IMG/VR virus record: IMGVR_UViG_3300002925_000017
Length of the DNA stretch: 64,000 bases
Source: a virus
Reading direction: 5' to 3' (one strand)
The notes under the pieces are model-generated. The model ran no database searches and was not told the origin of the DNA. It saw only the letters and a list, made by a program, of their open reading frames with translations. The stretch's first letter is position 1. Each line of letters begins with the position of its first letter. Below, one piece after another: positions 40,501-49,500 of the stretch. The position numbers were made by a program, and so were the translations under genes.

Positions 40501-40503
40501 TAA
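31534..40503 (+). CDS. large polyvalent protein, 2989 aa (ART-like, RecD/Dda-like SF1 helicase, SLOG-like, 4 zincin-like, nucleotidyltransferase, PNK/AAA_33)
   Basis: VYHGT...GIHFT; SGAGGTGKT/IDEASM/GDYAQI/YTAYSRAK; TSGETGIEEA; HEIIH, HEAIH, EEVAH, HEILGH; LTGSLPL...HDFDF...DIDF; GISGSGKST...SPDEIR...DATN. Confidence 0.85.
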   Translation: MSCKPTYKGKRYNSIEELKSKNGVISVDMTLNDLANILSYRNSNIILPGFKKLVVTNNGNETQFNKLSEEQINDGINQPEQEQVKKFAELQEILSNKDFLEGAKKVYESTPDLQKYGTQEEYNDYVARIILGIIKNPTSGDYNYNSKVKDIVYHGTIYEFDKFNRGINGIHFTKDRKIAETKFGLPNQQLINAIPELQEKYKGKNSRVISAILNANKIDRQEDKFVFKGDRDFEIESKRFRELNKEYDAIEYTNKFEGGEKDSILVFEPEQIHILGGKEDIEGFKQWNIDRQVLGVRKELQDTKETFLKDTLIEELSSKISLGNSNSISLTLQNSIKLEIPIETEFVLNSEQEKAFKEISEFIKKPISSTYKIPSKTRKGEFDINPENCWLLSGAGGTGKTFLIGKIIKESNKNFHFATPSHNAKRELMNSLVDSNFYINVDTLQSILGISTTNGKDFFLESRESERGRRVFPIDNIQYLVIDEASMVGGDLYEAMLKRFEEIGRSPKIIFLGDYAQIPPPSQKDKTRDSEVIDLLYHQNKDRVSLLTINMRAKYKDLADKNLQLRSFIDRINDILIYNKKSQNTIKNVLEDFNKYIKTKKLTKNTSLFNKENYEDFWSKYVEQYKEMLSNNLSLKHLVMVSYNNQKTKPELVQIVRSKLFGDNQKNKINVNELLVINNNELNVPNSVNLYKDERILVLKIEDSKSNKIFIPINNKTSKGIILNLKHKILTVKAEDGEIYKIIYPEKPLNEIIKDVNSNNFKDFDINSLPKTKNDSINKNQIIFELSKNILEFDYGYVVTSHRVQDSTYDNVYVLEDNILNSNASEKEKLQLLYTAYSRAKKHLNILNKDQIILPDNGEYDNTEIINSYQKRLKPFSIPNIKNEDVKEIKVPSEFYSEIKEILYRHFLKQIKKENQKEVLITLNIFGDNIYELTNKYSQKLLDDFLYNLLKSITESPNFKNKISLIKTSGETGIEEAANKASNSLKIPNVTLTTKDWKFTVDIDTFNKNYKDRVSSYKIDGSDVYIFDEKYFKERFNADIKQEETTNENNEFFISSKNLNNKIIVLLKDKIVPDAIIENDEFFRRNKYGITDEFYIDKDNLYINIDKFRTSKSIKNLIPLFVYSIKKDNSEFYQELLKPIKSLPFYPKEFDTIISKYSNVQIDIEAELLIDTLFNKYDFYPKELIQKFENAVKEKLSKWLGNDNFFEAKNSNFGIDENLRSKYFSESETVKSSEILNKIANSASKHRNLARKLLEHINQNDVNIILLGEKNYDIDFAGLYSHGTNEIFINENGLFGDIESEGVIIHEIIHALTLHKLKNNKNEYSKEFTRIFNEIKNSDLEEVKKLIKDFEYETSNVFEFITNLFTNNEFQNRLKQLPDLKNKDKSIFQNIIDFINRLFGFKENNELFDNLNKLSYKILDTKDPRIFETGDKLIDLNDIDEKSVYYVLNKISTLNHPLSKLAEKLLPYSENLGVNFYLVDVVGTKKKRILEKNQEINYNLGFYTYDSNFRDEIYINKNNIYKNKDSIPTLMHEAIHSLTYHNLRKNSEYVEELKRIYNYVKANTNENFYALKDLDEFMVGIFTDSRFINYLKTIKPIEIKKYNNVFEELIDFFLSIFKIEKGESIYEQAFIVASNIFENEEIPIPNEEFFTQDSDERDIYYQINILQEEFFNFYKTLSEQNTEDYLIKYIYPSNIDTILEELNADDKVKQELKDYFLSNRELIYSAPNIYELVNSYISNKEAFEYSSISKKADKELDSLLLDYLKPLNIEVRDLNEIKSKLKINSLGVADIINKLIYVAQDRNIDTLPEEVAHFYVELLEKRNKKGEERKYLLYRDLMSKISSWEKYDTYYKQYSKIYLNPDGTVDENKVKKEIVGKAIAEALVRKFETKNKQLKSLVQKLIDYLKSIFKNRPVFPINLLVDDIAEKILNKDYSDINKDLLKGEFLKDYFDISNDIKSLIKNFSSLGAILTGSLPLRLYGSIYRTKEEEFHDFDFKIPKDINKQEIIEKVKQLYPSYELKTEFDSSNNYSLLFTIEHNGKKYDIDFFFQKDDFNIEPKFKYMHWYDTFKAKLEMGRAKDVKDFINFKPYERIYEDTPTLQKPSDFYYQIEPDKRANILIQNNLPTEGLVLPIGISGSGKSTWINTIPNKIVVSPDEIRKELTGNISDQSRNKEVFEIAKQRAANYLKQGNLVVFDATNVNTVLRNNLIKDIESLLGYQVPLFYKIFESDPEISKQRIKNDIISGKNRANVPDHIIEIQYQQYLDTLNNLSIPRFQLFKEEENNTETYKNEALEKTIRDIAARASIRIGIPFEIINNKNFKTKGYFSNGKATINIAYATLDTPIHEILGHPIIYYLRKTNSKLYNNLLKELEYGKGKEVLESTRKYYSNQQLIDEDAIKEEAIVELLGLYTANKIKESENKSLFSYLRELLKTVKSIVRELLNKKEIKIDELPDNLTISDLSKILAYGNNTFILPQFDVKYRTPDNNYFLTYAEASKHISDLFNKSLKEEDFNLTLEDLYNFSEKDKEKLFELRREQELTVNEKRELKRLEILYRFYPFKKEIENFIDYNQKYEISNFFIQKWKEIEGIIYNPNEVYKNNMNFYHKIGAYSYFDPSLLLQNLLVHIEDHEREGFDFIVSAFTRRKNERAQFESIQNNDIRIVIYPKKEDIVAAYRKDIWSGTAYLSKAVSEYFTNKRMELVGITATKAATYQFNSFPEYNLYDTLNYDVEYDIDFEYDKLYNYNEILIKLKGNNFRLEYDRDVIPTLKNLIDKINAILDSKYGKIEIPKVKATYVVEEQTRPNRYFEIAGPLKDYNNLEIDGYLDLKEYYKKKNIKNIFLNKKDNKYLIIANKFDGSEEILEEHEIEKIAEFRYKLYTGQEKPDFTKKANENFRLSQLKELNRKYLRSLIYTEIINKEYPIDLYNETFFQRIKPNSSILDKRIDYLIEEFGDENLKEQINKTKFYNVYKEDDKEILNLIKSGRITQICQV

Positions 40504-43500
40504 CAATTTACTAATCTTAATGTTTTTTCTTGTTTTTCTGCCTTTTTTAATTGAGGTTTGTTATAGTTCATTATAACTTTATTAGGATTAATATATTTTA
40601 AATCTTTTTCAAATTCTTTAGCATCAGATATACTTAATATATTATTACTAATTAATAAGTGCACAAACTTTTCATTACTATCTATATATGAAAAATCCAT
40701 ATTCGGATTGTTTATAATTTTACTATGTAAAAAATTATTAAATTCTATTGATATTGCGTCATTCTTATCAAAAAATCTAGTAAATGCTCTTTCTCGTAAA
40801 GAGTCTCTATGTACTAACATATTATACAATCTTAAAACATTATATATTGAATTATTTTGTATATATTTATTTTTTAAAGACTTTAATGCTAAACTCAAAC
40901 TTGTATATTTTAATGATTTACTTGAATTAGATAAATCTGTATGATTTTCGTTCATTTTCCAAAAAGTATATTTTTTACCAAAAATATCATAATCAACGTC
41001 TTCTATTAAATTATTTATAAACTCGTTTAACATTAATTTAGGGTCTGCTTTTAATGCAGGAAAAAATACTTCTTCGGCATATCTTATAAATTCTTTTCTA
41101 TCTTCTTCATTAGCTAAATTAAATAAATTTCCTTTTTCATTAAACACTTTAATTTGATTTGAATATTTCTGTAAAAACTCATCTATAAATAAATTATCAA
41201 ATATGTTATTTAATTTATTAAAAGTTTTTTCATCAATTCTATTTATATCTATAAAATTATTTCTATGAAAGTGCATTAATAATTTTTTTATATTATTTAA
41301 TCTTAAAGCAGTATTTCTATATACTTTTTCAGCAGAAGCAAATATTTCATATTGAGCTCTTGTATGAGGGTTAATTGCTATAAGATACAAAGGATTAAAT
41401 GTATCTTTAACTTTATCAAATTCTTTAATATAATTTAACGAATAAGAATCGTATTTTTCTTTACCCTGTAACCAATCATCAAAACCTTTTAAGTTTTCTA
41501 TAAACCTAACTAAATCAAACTCTTCTGCCATTTTCTTTAATTTATCATTTTTTTCACTTTTACTTTTCATATATTCTATAAGCATTTGTTCAAACTGAAA
41601 GATTGCAAAATTATCTGATTTTAATCCTTGATTTATACTAAATAATTTACTTATTATTCTAAATTCTTTTGTTTTGTCGTATAGCAATTTGAAAGATTTT
41701 AAATTTTCATCTTTTGATTCTAAATTTTTATATACAGCGTCTAAATTAGAAACATCTTTCGAATAAAAGTTTATATCTTTTGTTTCGAGTAAAGATTTTA
41801 CATTTTTTTGATTTAATATATAAGCTATATCTTCTGTTGGTATTCCTAATATAGAACCCAAAGAATAAATAGGTGCTGTTGTCATAGTAGAATTTAATCC
41901 TCCTAATTTTAATTCTTTTGCATTATCAGTTGCTAAATTTAATAATTCACCAAGAATATCAAAAGCTTTATCTTGTAAATTTAACTCATTTCTTAATTCT
42001 TTTAAACTTTTTCCACTATATAGTTCTTTTACTATAAAATTTATAGTTTCCTCATTTAAGATATCTAAATTTAAATTAGCGGGCATACTATAAGTTTTAG
42101 TTGATGTATTATTATCTCTTTCTATTTTTATTGTTAATTTTGGTATTTTTAAAATAGACTTGAATAATTCTTTTTTATCTTTATCTTGATAACTTTTATA
42201 TAATTCTAAAGTTTTGTAATAAGATGCTGTTATACCTGATAATACTTTTAATCCTGTTGCAAAAATTCCTATTTCTTCTTTACCTAACATATTATCATAT
42301 TTCATACTAACTTTAGACATTAAAGAATAATTAGACATTAAAGAAATACTATTATTTGTATAATTATCAGATATTTGACTTAAATAATCAACATTAATTG
42401 CTTTTTCTCTAACTATAATATTTCTTGGGTCATTTACTAAATCTATAAAAGAATCTATTATTTGATTTTCTATATCGTCATTTGGTTTATTTAAATTATA
42501 ACCTATAATAGTAGTTTTATCTACATCGTAATCACCACCAGTTAAAATTTGATGGTCATTATTAAGCATAATAGTATTTTCTTCAGTATGAATAAATCCT
42601 ACTATTTCGTTAACCATTACAGAAGCTAAAGATTGTAAAGGTATTCTTTGAGTCACAAATTGATTTGATTTAGAAAATTGTTCTCTTTTCATTTCAGAAA
42701 AAGAATTTAATAGTTCTTCTTTTATTTGTTTTTTATTTTTTACTTCTTGATATTTTCCTTTAGCTAATTTTTTAACTAATTTTTGTTTTTGTTCTTTTGT
42801 AAATTTAAAAGATTCATCAGATAAATAAGAATTTATTAAATTTTCATCAGAAAGACCTATATAATTAAAGAAATCATAAGCAGCTTTAATATTAGTAAAT
42901 ACTTTATTCTTAAAATAATCTTCTGATTTTATTTGATTTATAGAACTATTATTATTTATATAAAACATTCTTTTCCACAAACTTGGAGCTAACATCTCTC
43001 CTTTTGTTGCTTGCCAATAGGTTTTATCTTTTTGAACTAATTGATTAATAAACCTTTGTAATCTATTTTCTAATTCTCTTGTTGTTTCTTTATCGGCTTG
43101 TCTTAATAATTCTGAAAAAATAGCTTGTTCTGATAAACCTTCAAATTCTGATTTTATATTTAGTTCTTTAGATATATTTTTTAAATCTAAAACGCTTACT
43201 TCTTCGATTGGAATAAAACCTCTATCAGTTTTTAACTTTAATTCTGCTTTTTTCAAATCTCTTGGTTTTACATCTAAAATTATTCCTTCTTTCTCTTTTT
43301 GTTTTTTATATAATCTATACTCATATCCTTGCATGATTTTTCCATCAACTTCATAAATTTGTGTCGGTGGTTTAATTACCAACATAGCACCTTTTAACTT
43401 CTTTTTTATACCTTCTTTAGTTAAATAACTATTAAAACTACTTAAAAGTATTTTAACTATTTGTCTATTATCAAAAGAAGGCGTTTTGGAATAATTTATT

Positions 43501-46500
43501 ATTTCTTTTGTTAATTGAGTTACTGTTTTTTCTTCTATAGAATTTTTTAGAAAATCCCTTATTATGTTTATAAGTTCAATTCTCTCTTGTTCTTTTAATT
43601 CATTCTTTTTTACTAATTCTACTAATTTTTTATCTATAGATTTTAAACTTAATTCTTTTATATAATTAAATATTTTTTGCGATTTATCAAAAGTATATCC
43701 ACCAAAAGCAGTAGCATTTATTAATTGTGCAGGTAAAGTAGCTTCACTTTCTTCTACACTTTTTTCTGATGCTAATTGAATACCTCTCGTAGTATTGTCA
43801 AATTTCATAAATCTAAGTGATTTACCTTTATTAAATAGATATTTATTATCTACTTCTTGAGAAGTATTAATATTAACTTGCCCTGTTTTTACAGCAGATA
43901 TAAATGATATACTTTCTATATATTTACCTTTTATAGATTTCTTTTGTGCTAATTCTATTACTTTTTTCTTCTCTTCTATTACTTTATTAAGAAAAAGTTT
44001 ATATAAACTATATTCATCATCGTCTAAATCTAAAGGAGAAACAGGTTGACTTTTATAATATATTATACCATTATTATAAGAAAATTCTCCTATAGGATTT
44101 ACTTCTACTTTTATATTATCTAAGAAATTCTTAATTTCTATTTTATGTATAAGTCTTGATATATCATTACTATCTTTTATTGTAGTAAAAGTATATTTAC
44201 CTTTTATATCTCCGTTTTCTACTTCTTTAACTGTATAAGCACCTCCTAACCCTTTCCAAATATCTAACATATTTTTTGCAATAAAAGGTTTTGATTCTAC
44301 CACTTCATCTTTTTCTACATCATAATAAATAGATTTTTCATTTACTAAGATTTCCTCATCAAATTGTATAGAACTTAACATTTGTTCTATATACTTTTGC
44401 CAATCATATTTAGTTCCATAGCTATTTCTTATCATTTCATTAGTTATGGTAAAATCATTATGTTTTTGAAAACTAACTGCCCCTGTTCTTTGGTCATAGT
44501 TTACTCCTACAGATTTATGATGAATACCCGGATTAAACCCTATTTTTCCACCTAATGAAATTTCTTTTTTTAATTGAGCAAAATGTAAAGTAAATGTTGC
44601 ACCATCAGCATAATCTTTATTTTGAGGTTTATTTATTAAACTTTTAAATACTTGTGTTGGGTCTTCTATAATAGCAATATTTGAATATCTATTAATTCCT
44701 TCTGGATTTTTTATTAAATCTGTATAGTAAGACATAAAAGTTGATACGCCCATTTTATTTCTTTTTACATTTTCAACAAAACTCTTACCAATAGAATTTC
44801 CTTTATATTGTATAATATCTCCAGATATTCTTCTTGCAAAAGGCAAATTGACTACTAAGTTTTCTAATAAAAATATATAATCTAAAGGATTTATTTTAAT
44901 TTTGTTATTTACCTGTATTAATACATTGTTATTTTCATAAAAATCTTTATATAAATTATCTTTTTCTAATTTTTTATATTTTGCTATTTCTTTTTTAGCA
45001 TTATTTTTAGGTAAAAGATTTAAATAATATGCATCTCCATAAATTAAATCAGTTGTTTTTAAATCATCTTTATCACCAAGAACAATTTTTATAAATTCAT
45101 CTTTTTTATAATTTTTAACTAAATTAATTTTATTTATTAAATCTTCTCTAATACCTTTCTTAAAATAATGAATACCTCTAATTACATTAACTCCTTTGTT
45201 ATATAGCAAATTTGTAACTTCTTCTTCTGTTAAATTAACAATTAATTTTTGTATATCATCAATATTAGAAATATTAACATCAGTATTATTTATTTGATTT
45301 AATTCTTTTTCTGCTTTTTTAAAATCTTCAACTAATATTTTTTCTAAATTTAAATAATAACTCCTTTCATTATCATAAAAAGCTTGTTCTATTAAATCTA
45401 TTCTTTGTTTTAAAGACATATTGTCGATAGATAAATTTTCATTTTTACCTATAACTCTATATATTTCATTTAAATCTATGCTTAAAATATGTTCTTTGTT
45501 AGAATCAGAGCCAACATAAGGAAAGAAATAAACTTTACTATTAATAAATGCTTTTTCTGAATTTAAATTTTTTGCTAAGTTTTCATAATAATAAGGATTG
45601 ATTAAAGAATATAATATTTCATTTTTATTCATTCTTTTATGAGGTTTCACTAAAGAACCAGCTTTAACTCCATCATTTAAACTAATCTGTTTTATTCCTA
45701 CAAAAAACTTTTCATTTTGAGATGCAATAGTTAATTTATCTATTAAATCTTTTTTAAATACTTGCGGACTATTTTTAACTCTTTGAAAGAAATTATTTGT
45801 ATTAGTCATTGATGAAAACTTAGACACAGCATTTCCTTCTTTATTAATTAAAACAGATTTAATTTCTGTATTATCTACAGCATTTATTATCTTAGATATG
45901 ACTTCAAAATCATCAATTATTTCTTTAAATTTAGAAATATTTGTAACTTGTTTTTTACTACTTGTTTCAAATAATAATTTTTTAAATTTTGATTCTTTTT
46001 TAAAACTTTGTACAAATTTTTGAATTTCATAAACAGGTTTATTTTCTGTTATCATTTTATTTATTTGACTAACTATTCCTACTTTATTTGAACTTTCTAT
46101 TAAAAATTTCTTAAGTAAATTTATACTTTCAACTCTATCCGAATTTCCATAAATAGATATAAAGTATTCTCCATATTTAGTCAAGTCACCTGTTTCTGTT
46201 ATAAAATAAATACCTGTTATTTTTTGAATTAAGTATTTATCTTCAAAATGTTGCAACGTTTCTAAACCTATTTCGGTTTCATCAAATTTTAAATCTTCTT
46301 TTAATTTTTTATAATATTCATTAGATTTATCTATAAGTATTGATTTCTCTTTAAATGTTTCTTTTGTTTCTTCTACTAAAAAAGAATCATTTTGTTTATT
46401 TATAGAAACAAAATAGTTTCTGTTAGTATTTACAAATACATTTTCTATAGCACTGTGAAATAGTCTTAATAAAGTAGATTTATTATTTGAAACTATTGAA

Positions 46501-49500
46501 TCTAATGATTTATTTGTTCTTTTTTTATTATATCTATCTATATACTCAAAATCAGAATCGTTATATAAAAACAGATATAATGAATTATATATATTTCTTT
46601 TTGCAGGGTCTTCTTCTTTTCTTGCTTTTTCTAATATTACAAATTTTAATGAATCGTGATTTAGAGAATAAAAAGGATGACTTTTTATTTCATCTATTAA
46701 ATTTAGAACTTTTGCGTATTGCAAAAAACCCACCTGAATATATCCTTCTTTTGTTTTTGTTAAAAGAGGTAAGTTATTTATAATATTTATAAATAAAGAT
46801 GTACCAAATTTTTCGATTGCTATATCTTCGTCATATCCTTTTTCAAAGAAGTCTTGATTTTTTCTTATATATTTATTTTTCTCTTTTTTAATTAAACTTT
46901 TTAAATTAGTATCATATTTTATGAATTTATCAAAATCATTTAATATAGTATAATCTACGTAATCGATTATAACTTCAAGTTCTTTTTCAGACTTATTCTC
47001 TTTTTCAAGAAGATATTTTTTAAATAATTGTTCGGGCTTTTGAGAAGAGTAAAAGTCATTAAAAGTTCTATTATTTAATATTTTTTCTATTTTTTCTTCA
47101 TTACTAATATCTAAATCTAAAAAATCATTTATAGTGTATATACTATTTTTATCATATTCTATTGTTAATCCTTCTATTTTTTTAGCTAAATTAGAAATTA
47201 ATTCTAATTTTTTTGCTAAAATACTTTTATTTACATCTTTAGCTTTTATAAAAGTTCCTTTTTCAAAATCAATAAATGTATTTGGTCTAATAATATCTCT
47301 ATATAATCTATCTAAAGTAAATTCGTATAAAAGATAAATACCTTTAAATCTAAAATTTAATATATCTTCTAATGTTTTTATTTCTGAAGAAAAATCAGCA
47401 TAATCTTCTTCAAATTCTTCTACTTCTTTATTTATTATTTCATCTTTTATAGTTAAATCTTTTTGGGTTTCTTCTTCTGTAATATCTAATACATCTTTTG
47501 GAGTATCTTTAGTTTCATCTAAAATAACTTCATCAGTTATTTCTTCTTCAGACTGATTATTTATAGATGTTTTTTCTACTTCTTGATTTGTTTTTTCTGT
47601 AGGTTTAAATTCATTATCTTCTGTAATATTTAATAAATCTTTAAAAAATCTCAAATCTAAACTTATTTCTATAGGAGATATTCTTGCTTTAGTTTTTACT
47701 GTTGGTTCTATAAAAGCTATTTTATTTTTAGGATTTCTGTTAGCTGTTTTCTTAAATTTTACTCCTAAACCGGTTTGAATATTATTATAAAGCCTATCTA
47801 TTTCTTTTGGTAAAGGTATAGTTTCTGCATTTTCTTTTTTTATTTTATGAAATAACTTGAGTATTGGAAGTATCTTTATTTTTTCAAAAATTCTATTTGT
47901 TCCTGATAAATTATCAAAGAATTTCTCTTTTAAATATGAATCTAATTTAGCAGTTTCTATAGAAAGAAATTCTTTCTCATCTAATTCATCTGATATTTTG
48001 CTTAATAATGAATTTGTTTTAAATTCATCTAAAAAAGTAGCAACTGTTGGGTTTGATGTATTAATATCTTTTAATAAAGCATGTACTAATTGCATCAGTT
48101 GAATTATACCGTCATTAGAAGTAACAGATTCTAAATAAGCTATAAATTCTGAATCAGTTAAATTACCTCTATTTTCATACTCCTTGATTATTTCTAATAT
48201 TGATTTATCAATATTATCTAATAAAAGAAGACCAACTTGTGTTCTAGAATTTTTATCAGAATTATACCATTTTTCAAATAAAGCAGACAAATCAGATTCA
48301 TCATTTGATAAATCTATGTCTTTATTATATGTATATAAAACCGCAGGTCTGCCTTTTAATTTAAATCCTTGAGTAATAACAAAAGGTTTAGAAATTTTAA
48401 CAGCAGGATGATTATCAATAAAATCTGTAAAAGTTTGTTCTTTGTCTTTAAATATTTTACCTCTTCCTCTATTTTTTAAATTAAATAATTTATTAACTAA
48501 ATCTTTGTTTAAAATTATTTCATTATTATTATTGATTAATTTTTCTCTTAATTCAACTAATATATCAAATATTTCACTGCCGTATTTATTTTTATAATAC
48601 AATAATGCCTCACCAGAACCGAATTCATTTTTTGCAGGATTTTTTCTAAAATCATCAATTAAAGGTAAAGCAAGTAAATCAATGGTTATATTATCAAATG
48701 ATGCACTAATAAGCATTTGCTTAGGAGACACTCCTTCTAAAAATTCAGGTTTAAATTGAGTAGCTCCTTTTGCCAATACATCATTTTCTTTCCAGTCTAT
48801 TAATTCTAATTTATATTGTAAATTAGAAATGTCATATTTATCAGTTATTCCAAAGTATTTAAGATATTCATCAAATTGTTCTTGGATTCCTTGTGAAAAA
48901 AATATAGCATTTTTAAGTATAGTTAATTTATCTTCTGTATATAAATAGTATTCTTTACCTTGTTTTTCTATAATTTCAGGGTTAAAACCTAATTTTTCTG
49001 CTCTTGTTTTGTTATTATACCAAGAAAATAATCTTACAAATTCATTTTTATAATTATCAGGAGAATCATCTTCATAATTGTCTTTTATTTCACCATCTAT
49101 AGATATCTGTTGGTCAGATATTTTTTGAACATCATTAAATACTTGTTCATCCATCTCTTCGTCACTCAATACGACTTTTGGAGAAGGAGTAGTTGTAGTA
49201 AAATTAGATAAAGATTTCTTTTTAAAATCTTTATATTTTTGTATGGTATCATTATCAAGAGGAATTGTCAGTTCTATTTTTTCTAATTCTTTATATATAT
49301 TAAAACTTATTTGATAATCAAAGTTTTTTGGTTTATTATAGTAAGTTGCTTTTTTAGCTCTTGATACTAAAGTATATAGTTGTTTAAGGTAAGCATGAGT
49401 TTTATAATTACCTTGATATTGTTTATCAGATAAAATAAATACATAATCAAATTCTTGACCTTGTATTTCATCATAAGTAAATACTTGACCTATTGATTCA

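Noticed and set aside
25336-40520. Recombinase-driven invertible segment with inverted repeats at its ends
   Set aside because: No inverted repeat beyond chance AT matches found by eye at the two junctions, and no invertase or integrase in the window
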